From: a virus
Taxonomy: Duplodnaviria > Heunggongvirae > Uroviricota > Caudoviricetes
Strand: one strand, 5' to 3'
Virus record (IMG/VR): IMGVR_UViG_3300034093_001947
Length of the DNA stretch: 64,000 nt
Shown in pieces: positions 34,171 through 43,757 of the stretch. Below the pieces are notes generated by a model. The model made no database searches. It saw only the letters and a list, made by a program, of their open reading frames with translations, and had not been told where the DNA came from. Each line of letters starts with the position of its first letter. Position 1 is the first letter of the stretch. The position numbers were made by a program, and so were the translations under genes.

Positions 34171-34207
34171 ATTAAAAACGGTTAAATATTTATATATGGG
34201 GTATCCA

Positions 34208-35002
34208 ATGAAGCAGTATTTTTATCCAAGGGAATGGTTTTTTATCTTAATGCAACTCGTATCTGCAGGAGTGTTTGTGTGGGCACTAACTACAACCGTT
34301 AGTTGGAGCAATTGGTTGCTTGCTCTATTTGGATATTTTTTAATTACATGTTTAGGCATTACAGTTACATTTCATAGATTGCTGACTCATAAATCATATC
34401 GACTTTGGAAACCCTTAGAGTATTTGTTTAGCTTCTTTGGAAATTTAGGCTGCACCGGTAGCTCAGTAGGATGGGTTTTTGTACATAGAGAACATCATAA
34501 ATTTGCAGATAAGCCTGGCGATCCACACAGCCCAGTAGTACTAGGTCCAATAGGTGCTTTTGTTGGTAACTACGGCGGCAAATTTAACAAATGGTCTGTA
34601 AAAGATATTATCAACGATCCTGTTCATAGATTTATGCACGAATACTATATGCCGATAGTCTTATTGGTTGTAGCAGTATTGGTAGCAATTGATCCAATAA
34701 TTGCTGTGTTCCTCTACATTATTCCTGTATTTTTTAACACGATGGCTTCTAGGTTGAGCAACTGGATTGATCATAGCCCAATGTTTGGTACTCGCGTTGC
34801 AACCGACCATAGAGATCAGTCACATAATGTTTGGTGGTGGTCGTACTTAACATTTGGCGAAGGTTGGCACTATAACCATCACACTACTCCCGGAAGTTGG
34901 AAAATTGGAAAAGAATGGTGGCAGTTTGACCCCGGTCGATACGTTATCCAAATTTTGATATTTCTAGGACTTGCGTCGGAGAAGAAAATAAGTTATAATT
35001 AA
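34208..35002 (+). CDS. Membrane fatty-acid desaturase
   Basis: HRLLTH, HREHH, HYNHH; start may be 34196. Confidence 0.9.
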   Translation: MKQYFYPREWFFILMQLVSAGVFVWALTTTVSWSNWLLALFGYFLITCLGITVTFHRLLTHKSYRLWKPLEYLFSFFGNLGCTGSSVGWVFVHREHHKFADKPGDPHSPVVLGPIGAFVGNYGGKFNKWSVKDIINDPVHRFMHEYYMPIVLLVVAVLVAIDPIIAVFLYIIPVFFNTMASRLSNWIDHSPMFGTRVATDHRDQSHNVWWWSYLTFGEGWHYNHHTTPGSWKIGKEWWQFDPGRYVIQILIFLGLASEKKISYN

Positions 35003-35004
35003 TT

Positions 35005-35105
35005 GCGGTCGTGAGCAAATTGGAAAAGCTCCCAAGGTCCACTGAGGGGAACGGGCACGGTCCTAGACGACGCCCTTGTAGGTTCGAAGCCTACCGACCG
35101 TACCA
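35005..35105 (+). tRNA. tRNA-Leu-like RNA with non-canonical anticodon arm
   Basis: GCGGTCG/CGACCGT, A73-CCA, D arm AGC-AAATTGGAAAA-GCT, T arm GTAGG-TTCGAAG-CCTAC; no 7-nt anticodon loop. Confidence 0.65.
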
Positions 35106-35118
35106 AATTTAGTAAAGT

Positions 35119-35814
35119 ATGATTAAAACTATAATATCAGGTGTTGATGCTGACAAATACATATACAAAACAAATTTAAAATTTGCAGATGATTTTTGTC
35201 AGGATCTGTTAGGTCAAGTTAAACTTAGCATAGACAATCTTGTTTTTAGAAATAACTACAACGACCCTAGAAATAACCCAAGAGATACTTTTAATTTAAT
35301 AGGAATTGAAGATTCAAGAGAATTGATTCGACGAGGCAGGCAAATCAAGGAATACTTTACAGAAAGTAATGTTATTAACTTTACTCAATATTTTCTTACA
35401 GAACATGATACTTCTGAATTCCTTTCACTAACTCCGGACTTTTTAAAAGAACCCACTCCCGGCGAGCCAGTTCCTATATTCCAAATTAGCCACGGAGGAG
35501 AAATCCTGCCGCCCCATAAAGGTCATAAAAGAAAAAGTTCTCTGTTTATGCTACTCGAAGGTAACGGAGAAGAGACTAGATGGTATCGAGAAAAAGAGCC
35601 ATTCGAGATTATTCACACTACTAGAATACCAGACTTAGATAAAATCGAACATGTGGTCAGTGCCCAAATAGAGCCAGGGTATTGGTATGTGTTCAATCAT
35701 CTCGAGTGGCATAGTGTACATAAGTTTAGCACTGGTATTCGAATGAACATAGGCCTAGACTTTGACAGTATCTTAGCACCCGAACTAATTAACCTAATAA
35801 AAAAGAATTCTTAA
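35119..35814 (+). CDS. Fe(II)/2OG dioxygenase-fold hypothetical protein
   Basis: LPPHKGH...WHSV...RMNIGL. Confidence 0.55.
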   Translation: MIKTIISGVDADKYIYKTNLKFADDFCQDLLGQVKLSIDNLVFRNNYNDPRNNPRDTFNLIGIEDSRELIRRGRQIKEYFTESNVINFTQYFLTEHDTSEFLSLTPDFLKEPTPGEPVPIFQISHGGEILPPHKGHKRKSSLFMLLEGNGEETRWYREKEPFEIIHTTRIPDLDKIEHVVSAQIEPGYWYVFNHLEWHSVHKFSTGIRMNIGLDFDSILAPELINLIKKNS

Positions 35815-35815
35815 A

Positions 35816-36547
35816 ATGTCAGAAGTTAAAAACAACTATATCAAAGCCTCATGGGCACGTAGAGCAGAACTTACAGAATTAGTGTATCAACGAACACAGG
35901 GATTCGTACATCGAGGTCCATTTCAAGCAATGAAAATTTTGCACAAGTTTAGCTGGGGCGATGGCGACTGTGCTAGCAAATTACTAGGGTTATATGAATG
36001 TGAACTATTTGAAGACATTGAACGAGTTATTAATCAACCGCACGACCTAATCTTAAACATAGGATGTGCTGAAGGTTACTATGGTATTGGTTTGGCAAAA
36101 AGAACACAGACAAAAACCATAGTGTTTGATGTAAACAAAACTGCTGTGGACATTGCAAGAGAAAATGCTGCCGCCAACGGTGTAAACAAAATTCTATTCA
36201 GTACAGACTGCACTATAGACAACTATAGATCATTCCTTGCTTCGGCTAATAATCCGTTTATCTTTATGGATTGCGAAGGTGCAGAAGAAGAAATACTTGA
36301 CCTCAATGTGATGCCAGAACTAACCAAGACCGCAGTAATGGTTGAAAGTCATGACTGTAATAGGCCTGGCCTAACTGATAAGTTAGTTGCACGATTTGCA
36401 GAAACACACAATATTAAACTGATTAGGCAAGGAAATAAAAATCCCTATATGCCGTTAATTGACGATTTAGATGATTATGATAAAATGTTGCTATGTGTGG
36501 AAGCAAGGCCTAGCACAATGATCTGGTTATACATGTATCCTAAATGA
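35816..36547 (+). CDS. Class I SAM-dependent methyltransferase
   Basis: LNIGCAEGYY motif I; FMDCEG. Confidence 0.75.
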   Translation: MSEVKNNYIKASWARRAELTELVYQRTQGFVHRGPFQAMKILHKFSWGDGDCASKLLGLYECELFEDIERVINQPHDLILNIGCAEGYYGIGLAKRTQTKTIVFDVNKTAVDIARENAAANGVNKILFSTDCTIDNYRSFLASANNPFIFMDCEGAEEEILDLNVMPELTKTAVMVESHDCNRPGLTDKLVARFAETHNIKLIRQGNKNPYMPLIDDLDDYDKMLLCVEARPSTMIWLYMYPK

Positions 36548-37182
36548 AGTACGAAATTTTTAAAGAACCATTTGTCCACATTGTGATAGATGATTTTGTA
36601 CCATGGGTGTACAATTTGCAGATTATCAACGAAGCTTGTAGATTAATTCCTGGAATGATTACTAGCAAGGTCAACAGTAATCAAGGCATTGTTATTAGTC
36701 CCGGCTCGAAGAGCAGTAAGAATATGTGGCTGTTCCAGCAATACGCTGCCCGACCAAACAATTTTCAAATTTCAACTTACCTTGAACAGAGAATTTGGTC
36801 CAACGAAGTTAAGCAGATATTACTTGAAGCAAATGATTCTCTCTTTACTAGTATGTTATATACTGATTCTAGTCAGATGCTAATGAGCAAATATACCCAC
36901 GAAGATCATTACAGTTGGCATAGAGATTATAATCCCACTGCTACAATGAACTATATGTTTGCTAAAGACCCATCTAAATTTACAGGTGGGGATTTTGTGT
37001 TCGGCGATTGGGAAACTAAACAACCTCTTAAAACTATTCAATTTAAAAATAATAGATTAGTCATCTTTCCTAGCAGAGTCTACCACTGTGTAACTCCTGT
37101 AGTGAAAAAAGATAAAAATCCAGAGTACGATAGATTCACTGTTCAATACTGGAGTAAGCTCAAAGAGATCAGAGAAACTTGA
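36544..37182 (+). CDS. 2OG-Fe(II) oxygenase (prolyl-hydroxylase-like)
   Basis: YSWHRD, F.GGDF, LVIFPS...YHCV.PV, RFT. Confidence 0.85.
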   Translation: MKYEIFKEPFVHIVIDDFVPWVYNLQIINEACRLIPGMITSKVNSNQGIVISPGSKSSKNMWLFQQYAARPNNFQISTYLEQRIWSNEVKQILLEANDSLFTSMLYTDSSQMLMSKYTHEDHYSWHRDYNPTATMNYMFAKDPSKFTGGDFVFGDWETKQPLKTIQFKNNRLVIFPSRVYHCVTPVVKKDKNPEYDRFTVQYWSKLKEIRET

Positions 37183-37207
37183 CATTCAGATCTAATAACG
37201 CTAATAT
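37179..37207 (+). promoter_or_regulatory. sigma70-type promoter
   Basis: TTGACA-17-TAATAT. Confidence 0.65.
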
Positions 37208-37230
37208 AGTAGCTACTTAAATAAAACATT

Positions 37231-37306
37231 GCTGCCTTAGCTCAGTTGGTAGAGCACCGGTTTTGTAATCCGAAGGTCGTCAGTTCGATTCCGACAGGCA
37301 GCACCA
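37231..37306 (+). tRNA. tRNA-Thr(TGT)
   Basis: Loop TT-TGT-AA, canonical cloverleaf, ACCA. Confidence 0.95.
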
Positions 37307-37318
37307 ACTAATTAAATT

Positions 37319-38476
37319 ATGAGCCAAAAATTCAGATTCCACATATTGGGCTTGCCCCACACAGTATCCAGTAAAGAATATAATGCCTGTGCTTATACTC
37401 AGAAAGTCGTTAAATTCGGCAAGATGATGAAAGAGCGTGGGCATTATGTTATCCACTACGGACATGAAGACAGCGACCTAGTATGCGACGAGCATGTTAC
37501 GGTCACTACAAACAAAGACTTAGAAATTGCTTACGGCAGCTATGACTGGCGTAAAAACTTCTTTAAGTTTGATACAGGCGATCATGCATATCAAACATTC
37601 TATGCAAATGCTATCCGAGAAATTGGACTACGCAAACAACCTAAAGATTTTATCTTACCATTCTGGGGATCTGGTGTTCGTGCAGTATGTGATGCACACA
37701 ACGACCTAATTGTTGTTGAGCCGGGTATTGGCTACGCAGGAGGTCATTGGGCACGTTGGAAGATCTTTGAAAGCTATGCTATTATGCACGCCTTCTTTGG
37801 ATTACAAAGTGTGGGTACATGTAATCAAGATTGGTATCACGGTGTTGTTCCTAACTACTTTGACCTAGAAGACTTTACCTATGAGCCGGAAAAGAAAGAA
37901 GATTACTTCCTGTTCTTGGGTCGAGTATATGAAGGCAAAGGAGCACACCTTGCCATTGAAGTGACTAGAAAGATTGGTGCAAAATTAATCATGGCTGGTC
38001 AGAATAACCTGGCATCAATGGGTTACGCAGAAACTCCAAGCCACGTAGAATTTGTAGGGTATGCAGATGTTGAAACTCGTAAGAAATTAATGAGCCGTGC
38101 CAAAGGAGCATTTGTTCCTAGTCTATATACCGAACCGTTTGGTGGTGTGCAAGTAGAGATGTTGTTGAGTGGTACTCCTACTATCACAACAGATTGGGGA
38201 TCATTTACAGAGAACAATGTACACGGTGTCACTGGATATCGTTGCAGAACATTTGATCAGTTTGTTTGGGCCGCTGAAAACATTGATAAGATCGATCCGG
38301 CTGCATGTCGTGCGTTTGGTGAGAACTTTAGCCTAGAACGAGTAGCACCGATGTATGAAGAATACTTCCAGATGGTGTATGATGTGCATAGCGGCAAAGG
38401 ATGGTACCAGGATCACCCAGAAAGAGAAAACCTTGATTGGTTGCGTAAGTACTATCCACCAATGGACAAGAAATGA
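37319..38476 (+). CDS. Glycosyltransferase family 4 (GT-B)
   Basis: [26 protein letters not shown]. Confidence 0.85.
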   Translation: MSQKFRFHILGLPHTVSSKEYNACAYTQKVVKFGKMMKERGHYVIHYGHEDSDLVCDEHVTVTTNKDLEIAYGSYDWRKNFFKFDTGDHAYQTFYANAIREIGLRKQPKDFILPFWGSGVRAVCDAHNDLIVVEPGIGYAGGHWARWKIFESYAIMHAFFGLQSVGTCNQDWYHGVVPNYFDLEDFTYEPEKKEDYFLFLGRVYEGKGAHLAIEVTRKIGAKLIMAGQNNLASMGYAETPSHVEFVGYADVETRKKLMSRAKGAFVPSLYTEPFGGVQVEMLLSGTPTITTDWGSFTENNVHGVTGYRCRTFDQFVWAAENIDKIDPAACRAFGENFSLERVAPMYEEYFQMVYDVHSGKGWYQDHPERENLDWLRKYYPPMDKK

Positions 38477-39411
38477 AAAGAGTAGTTTTTTACTTTGAGC
38501 CCAATTGGGCATTCGGCACAGTGCATTACGAGCTGTTCAAATATCTATGGGGACACGGATTTAACTGTCATCTGTTACCCTGGAATAAAAGTTACACTCG
38601 AGAAGAAATGTTGGAATTAAATTCCACAACTGATATTTTTGTAACTACCCCGCACGGATGGAGATTCTTAGGATATAATTACGGAACTGTTGCACCTGAA
38701 CAATGTGTTATTATAAGTCACGCTAAATTAGACATGACTGAACTTATTCATCATCACGGATATGAGGATTTTAAACGGTTCCGTAGATACGGTTGTGTCA
38801 GTCAATGGCTAGTTGATCTTAGCAAAGAGCTAGGTATCGAACGCCCGGCTGAACTAACGCCAGTAGCAATCAATTACAATACCTTCTACAGTACACCTAA
38901 CGATAATTTAAAAGTTGTAGGATATACAGGCAGCTTCCACAGAAAAGAAGAATTTGCACAGGATATGGTTGCGAGTGACTTAGCACAACCTAAGTATCAT
39001 AAACGTGGTTGGTTAGTCGAAGAAGCAGTGAAACGTGCCGGATTAGAATTTAGAGTTGCCCAACAATACCATAATAGTTTTATCACTATGCCAGGATTCT
39101 ACAAAGGCATAGATGCTGTTATTGCAGCCAGTACAGAAGAAGGTGCCGGACTACCTGTTATGGAAGGCGGTGCAGCGGGCAAGCTGGTAATTGGTACTAA
39201 TGTTGGACACTGGGCTCAGAGAATTGGTGATGCAGGCGGATATGCTGTGCCTGTAGCAGAAGACGAATTCTTAGAAAAAACTGTGGAAATTTTAAGTTAT
39301 TATAAAGATAACCCTAACAAGTACAGACAACGATGCTTGGAAATTCAAGAACATGCTAAAAGTTACGATTGGAAGCACGTTATTGACAAGTGGGTTAACA
39401 TTTTATCTTAA
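38473..39411 (+). CDS. Glycosyltransferase family 4-like
   Basis: [21 protein letters not shown]. Confidence 0.75.
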   Translation: MKRVVFYFEPNWAFGTVHYELFKYLWGHGFNCHLLPWNKSYTREEMLELNSTTDIFVTTPHGWRFLGYNYGTVAPEQCVIISHAKLDMTELIHHHGYEDFKRFRRYGCVSQWLVDLSKELGIERPAELTPVAINYNTFYSTPNDNLKVVGYTGSFHRKEEFAQDMVASDLAQPKYHKRGWLVEEAVKRAGLEFRVAQQYHNSFITMPGFYKGIDAVIAASTEEGAGLPVMEGGAAGKLVIGTNVGHWAQRIGDAGGYAVPVAEDEFLEKTVEILSYYKDNPNKYRQRCLEIQEHAKSYDWKHVIDKWVNILS

Positions 39412-39472
39412 TTAACTACCCTGATAACGTGGACTGATTTACGAATAATTATGTAAAATAGCTGAGGGGTTT

Positions 39473-40210
39473 ATGACTAAAGCTGCTACTTTTGATTGGT
39501 CTGCGTTAGATAGAAATCTAATAACAGAAATGGTAAATTTTATAAGCTACAATGTTGTGGATAAATCCTTATCTCCGACTAGCTTTTCTAACAAACTACG
39601 AGAAATCTTAAGATTTTTTAAAATACCTGTCAAGGTTAGATCCTGCTACAATACTAAAACAGAAAAAAATTCTGTATGGGTAGGTGGATTATACGACAGT
39701 GTGTTAGATCAAGAGGGCAAAACGTCCATCACGCTTTGTATCCAATATCATTCCTCCGACGTAATTATCAAAGCAAATAAAAATTTATTTCGCAGAGTCT
39801 GTATAGCAATAGCAGACACAGTAATGCACGAAGTTATTCATATGCGACAATATCGTAGACGAGGTTATAAAGACATTCCCGGATATGAAAGTTCTGCTAA
39901 TTTGGCAAGAAAACGCAACGAACAAGTGTATCTAGGAAATGGGGACGAGATTGATGCATACAGCTTTAACATCGCGTGTCAGCTGCTTGACAGATTTGGG
40001 GAAGATAAAACATCTATAGTAAATTATCTAAACACTGATCTCCGTGATAGGAGATTAAAAAAGGACGGCTTCAGAATGTATCTAGATACATTTGATCACA
40101 ATCACAGTCACAGAGTAATCCGTAAATTAAAAAAGAAGGTAATGAATTATATTCCTAATGCCCAGGAAATAGCAAAGCCTTATAAAACATCTGATTGGTT
40201 AAAAAAGTGA
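39473..40210 (+). CDS. HExxH zincin-like protein
   Basis: HEVIHMRQ...DEIDAY. Confidence 0.6.
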   Translation: MTKAATFDWSALDRNLITEMVNFISYNVVDKSLSPTSFSNKLREILRFFKIPVKVRSCYNTKTEKNSVWVGGLYDSVLDQEGKTSITLCIQYHSSDVIIKANKNLFRRVCIAIADTVMHEVIHMRQYRRRGYKDIPGYESSANLARKRNEQVYLGNGDEIDAYSFNIACQLLDRFGEDKTSIVNYLNTDLRDRRLKKDGFRMYLDTFDHNHSHRVIRKLKKKVMNYIPNAQEIAKPYKTSDWLKK

Positions 40211-40224
40211 GTAAAAGAACAAAA

Positions 40225-40950
40225 ATGAAAAAATTCAACTGCTGCCCAAAGTTAGATAAAAAAGTAGTAGTCCCAACAAGAAAAGAAGTCCTTGAAATAT
40301 TTAATGATATTAAACCTACAATAGTTAACCAATTTTATGCAGTTGATGAACTAATTCAAGACCTCGGAGTATTCATTGGAAAGCGTTTTAATATCGATGT
40401 TAAACATGCAGAAGCTACCCAAGTGGATCAAAATGACATTGAACTCAATGGATACTACGATGGCGGCTTAGATGAAGCCGGCGATGTTGCTATTGAGATA
40501 TACCTAGTTACTAACCCAATGCAGGACGTCATGTTAATTGACGAAACTCAATTCGATATTATCACAAGAAAAATTGCAGATACCTTAAGTCATGAAGTTA
40601 TCCATATGCAGCAATTCCGTGCAAGAGATTTCTTAGAAGTTGAAAAATGGGACTTTGAAACAGCCTACGAAGAAGGCGATGACGAATACGACGAAGCAGA
40701 AGAAAATCGCTGGTACCTAAGTAGCCCAGATGAGATTAATGCCTATGCATATAACATTGCCAACGAATTGTTAGATAGAAATAGTTATCCACAAGTAATT
40801 GAAAAATTAAACAAAGTTAAAGACATTGCAATTGAAGACAGTATTAATCTTTGGGCATATGTTAACGCATTTTCCAAAGATGTAAATCATCCAGTTTTAC
40901 GTAAATTAATCAAAAAAGTTTATAAAAGTTTAGATCGCTTAAACAGATAA
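40225..40950 (+). CDS. HExxH zincin-like protein (paralog of the upstream gene)
   Basis: HEVIHMQQ...DEINAY. Confidence 0.6.
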   Translation: MKKFNCCPKLDKKVVVPTRKEVLEIFNDIKPTIVNQFYAVDELIQDLGVFIGKRFNIDVKHAEATQVDQNDIELNGYYDGGLDEAGDVAIEIYLVTNPMQDVMLIDETQFDIITRKIADTLSHEVIHMQQFRARDFLEVEKWDFETAYEEGDDEYDEAEENRWYLSSPDEINAYAYNIANELLDRNSYPQVIEKLNKVKDIAIEDSINLWAYVNAFSKDVNHPVLRKLIKKVYKSLDRLNR

Positions 40951-40966
40951 TTGGTAAAGTCGATAC

Positions 40967-40995
40967 TTGACAAAACCTTAAATGTGCTGTATTAT
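40967..40995 (+). promoter_or_regulatory. sigma70-type promoter
   Basis: TTGACA-17-TATTAT. Confidence 0.8.
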
Positions 40996-41001
40996 ATACA
41001 C

Positions 41002-41244
41002 ATGTTTAAGGTTTTTTCTTTAGTGATCATTTTGTTAGCTGGCTGTTCTACTACCAGCTATAGAATTCTAACTCCTACGGAAGTTAGCAATATTCCAATT
41101 GATTGCTGGAATAAAAATCGAATCAACGGATGGTTAACTGAACAACTGCAATTTGCAGAGAAAGATGCAAAAACAAATGGTGCCAGCATTAACGCTATTA
41201 AGCACAAAATTTGGCAAATTCGTACTGATTGCAACGGCCGCTAG
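41002..41244 (+). CDS. Putative lipoprotein
   Basis: MFKVFSLVIILLAGC lipobox. Confidence 0.7.
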   Translation: MFKVFSLVIILLAGCSTTSYRILTPTEVSNIPIDCWNKNRINGWLTEQLQFAEKDAKTNGASINAIKHKIWQIRTDCNGR

Positions 41245-41533
41245 TCTAGTAGGGTGTGCAAGCACTACGCAACGTATTCTGCCGTCGTCGCATACTCTAG
41301 GTAGTTTTAAACCAGATTGCACCATTGCCAAAGAACAGGTTGAATGGTTACGCAGTATTCGGCCAACTCTACATGAGCGTCGAGACGCTTATCTTGAGGT
41401 AACCTCTTGGGGTGGGTTTTCTAAAGAGTTTGCCAAAAACAAAGAGATTGCAAACGGTCGTATAGATTATTTGATTGACGCAAACATTGATGAGATTTAC
41501 TACAGATGCAACTTTCGACACAAATCTTACTAA
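41177..41533 (+). CDS. Putative lipoprotein (start uncertain)
   Basis: KFVLIATAASLVGC lipobox. Confidence 0.6.
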   Translation: MVPALTLLSTKFGKFVLIATAASLVGCASTTQRILPSSHTLGSFKPDCTIAKEQVEWLRSIRPTLHERRDAYLEVTSWGGFSKEFAKNKEIANGRIDYLIDANIDEIYYRCNFRHKSY

Positions 41534-42084
41534 CTGCTGTACTCTTTACTAATTCTGCGATCGCACAAGATTGCATTATGAAAGAGCGAACAACATCAAA
41601 AGAAATCGGACGGATACATGAAATTAAAAATGTAGTAGCCGAAGTTAATCCGTTTGGCAAAGGACAATACAAATGCACAGCTAGTCTAGAGGGCTATACT
41701 GGCGGGAAGTGGCATCAAGGTAAAGGTGAATTTATTTGGTCAGGTGACTATAGTCATGCCAAAGCCTGTGGTGCCGCAACTGAATTGGCAAAGAAAAATT
41801 TGCTCACAGGCTTATATTCAAGTACAATAACAAGTGAGACGTTCGTAGTTTGTAAAGAGCAGGAAGAAAAAGATAGACCTCTTTTAAATCCTAAGATTGG
41901 AACAATTATAGATGATGTTCGTAGATTACGAGCCCATATAAATTATCCCAATGCATTTTACCACAACGGAGAAGAATGTAGATGGTATCTCGAAACTGGC
42001 TGGAATGGCAAGGACATTACACAGTTTCAAGGAATTGTTTGCAGATATGGTCCTACAAAATGGATCATAGTTGATAAATTTTAA
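41506..42084 (+). CDS. Secreted hypothetical protein
   Basis: Signal peptide ending SAIA-Q; Cys-rich. Confidence 0.6.
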   Translation: MQLSTQILLTAVLFTNSAIAQDCIMKERTTSKEIGRIHEIKNVVAEVNPFGKGQYKCTASLEGYTGGKWHQGKGEFIWSGDYSHAKACGAATELAKKNLLTGLYSSTITSETFVVCKEQEEKDRPLLNPKIGTIIDDVRRLRAHINYPNAFYHNGEECRWYLETGWNGKDITQFQGIVCRYGPTKWIIVDKF

Positions 42085-42104
42085 CACACACAGAAAGAGT
42101 AGTT

Positions 42105-42233
42105 ATGACAAACTTTATTGTAGGAACAATCTTTGGAATTATCCTAGCCACTGCTGGAGCATCTGGCATTGCAAAAATTATCGACAGAGGTGTCGATCAA
42201 ACTAAAATTATCATTCAGGAGAATGTAAAATGA
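42105..42233 (+). CDS. Small membrane protein
   Basis: Manual: MTNFIVGTIFGIILATAG... Confidence 0.5.
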   Translation: MTNFIVGTIFGIILATAGASGIAKIIDRGVDQTKIIIQENVK

Positions 42234-42826
42234 AGCGTATTTCAATTGTTCTAGCAGTACTAGCGTTGTCTGCATGTTCGTCTATGACAGAACTGAGGAC
42301 TGAGAATTTAGAGAAAAAGACTGTACCTACTTGGTATATCGATCATGTTGATGTAGGATCGGAAATGAAAGCATGGTATAAGCCGTGGGATCAAAACGGT
42401 ATGTATTATGCAGTAGCCGAAGATGTAAGTCCTTCAATGGAAATGGCCATGAAGAAAGCTACACTTAAGGCAAAAGCAAAAATTGCAGATCGAGTTAACG
42501 GTGAAATGAATAATCGTACAATTATTCGATACGACGAATCCGGTTCCCCAGATCGTCCATCAGGTCGGGCTCAGAGCCAAGATGTAATTGTAAATTTGAT
42601 CGCCGAAAGTGTAGTACGTACTTACGGCGTTGAAAAGAAGATGGTCATCTTTAATCCAGAAGCAAATAACTTCAGAGTATTTGTTATGCTAAAAATTAGT
42701 CAACAAGATGTTAAGGCCATGGCAGCTACTTATGATCAAAACAAGCAGGTAAAACTTGAAGGTAGGGTTGGCGGCAAAACGCTAGATCAAACTGCTACTG
42801 AAGTTTTAGATCAAGCACGTCGATAA
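42230..42826 (+). CDS. Lipoprotein (LPP20-like)
   Basis: MKRISIVLAVLALSAC lipobox; P.WY; A..KA...AK..IA. Confidence 0.7.
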   Translation: MKRISIVLAVLALSACSSMTELRTENLEKKTVPTWYIDHVDVGSEMKAWYKPWDQNGMYYAVAEDVSPSMEMAMKKATLKAKAKIADRVNGEMNNRTIIRYDESGSPDRPSGRAQSQDVIVNLIAESVVRTYGVEKKMVIFNPEANNFRVFVMLKISQQDVKAMAATYDQNKQVKLEGRVGGKTLDQTATEVLDQARR

Positions 42827-42887
42827 TCAAGAACGTAATAGCAGGTGCTTGATCTTAGATAATTAAAAGAATAAAACAAAGGATCCC

Positions 42888-43586
42888 ATGAAAAACAAAC
42901 CCAAGTTCAATGTTAAGCCGGCACAGGCAGCACCTGCGGCTGCACCGGCACAACAAGGTAGAGCACCTAGCATTATGATCGCTGTTCCAGCAATGGAAAT
43001 GGTCAATGCTGAATTTGCACAGCACTTAGCAATGGCGGCAGCTAATCTTGTTGCCAACGGAATTAAGATTAACTGTGCATTCAACATTGGTTCAGTTATT
43101 ACTATTGCTCGCCGTAACTTAACTGATATCTTTCTCAAGAGCGACTTCGATTATATTTGGTGGGTTGACTCAGATATGAAGTTTCCTATTGATGCACCTA
43201 TTCGTTTGCTCAAGAGAAACAAACCAATTGTCGGGGTAAACTATCGTCGACGCCGTTTCCCTAATGCTAACTTTACAGGTATGCTAGGGTCTAATGGTCA
43301 GTTCCGTGAATTTGAAACTAGAGATGATAGCCCTCCAATGGAATTGATTGATGTCCTACCGCACGGATGTGTATTAGTACATCGTTCAGTTTATGAAAAA
43401 ATCCCTCAACCTCACTACTTGCAAGAATATATTCCTGAGCTCAATCTTGAGATCGGTGAAGATATCTATTTCTGTCAACAGGCACAGAAGGCAGGTTATG
43501 AAGTTTGGTGTGATCAAGAGTTGAGTCGTGAAATAAGCCACATCGGCATATTCCACTTCAACTATAACCTAAGTGTGCCTAAATAA
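42888..43586 (+). CDS. GT-A fold glycosyltransferase-like protein
   Basis: ARRNL..., WVDSDM (DxD), G.GC-like PHGC, GEDIYFC. Confidence 0.7.
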   Translation: MKNKPKFNVKPAQAAPAAAPAQQGRAPSIMIAVPAMEMVNAEFAQHLAMAAANLVANGIKINCAFNIGSVITIARRNLTDIFLKSDFDYIWWVDSDMKFPIDAPIRLLKRNKPIVGVNYRRRRFPNANFTGMLGSNGQFREFETRDDSPPMELIDVLPHGCVLVHRSVYEKIPQPHYLQEYIPELNLEIGEDIYFCQQAQKAGYEVWCDQELSREISHIGIFHFNYNLSVPK

Positions 43587-43598
43587 AGAAAGATCACC

Positions 43599-43757
43599 AT
43601 GTTCGAAAGTATTGAATTGAGAAAAGTCGAGAACGGTATTGTTATTCTAATCAGAGATGACGAGAACAACGAAAAAGAGTTTGTATACGATACTGACCGC
43701 AAGGCTTTGAAATTCATCAAAGAATTGTTAGAAACTAAGGTAGCCAACGTAAAGTGA
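43599..43757 (+). CDS. 52-aa hypothetical protein
   Basis: Manual: MFESIELRKVENG...; overlaps the galE start. Confidence 0.55.
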   Translation: MFESIELRKVENGIVILIRDDENNEKEFVYDTDRKALKFIKELLETKVANVK

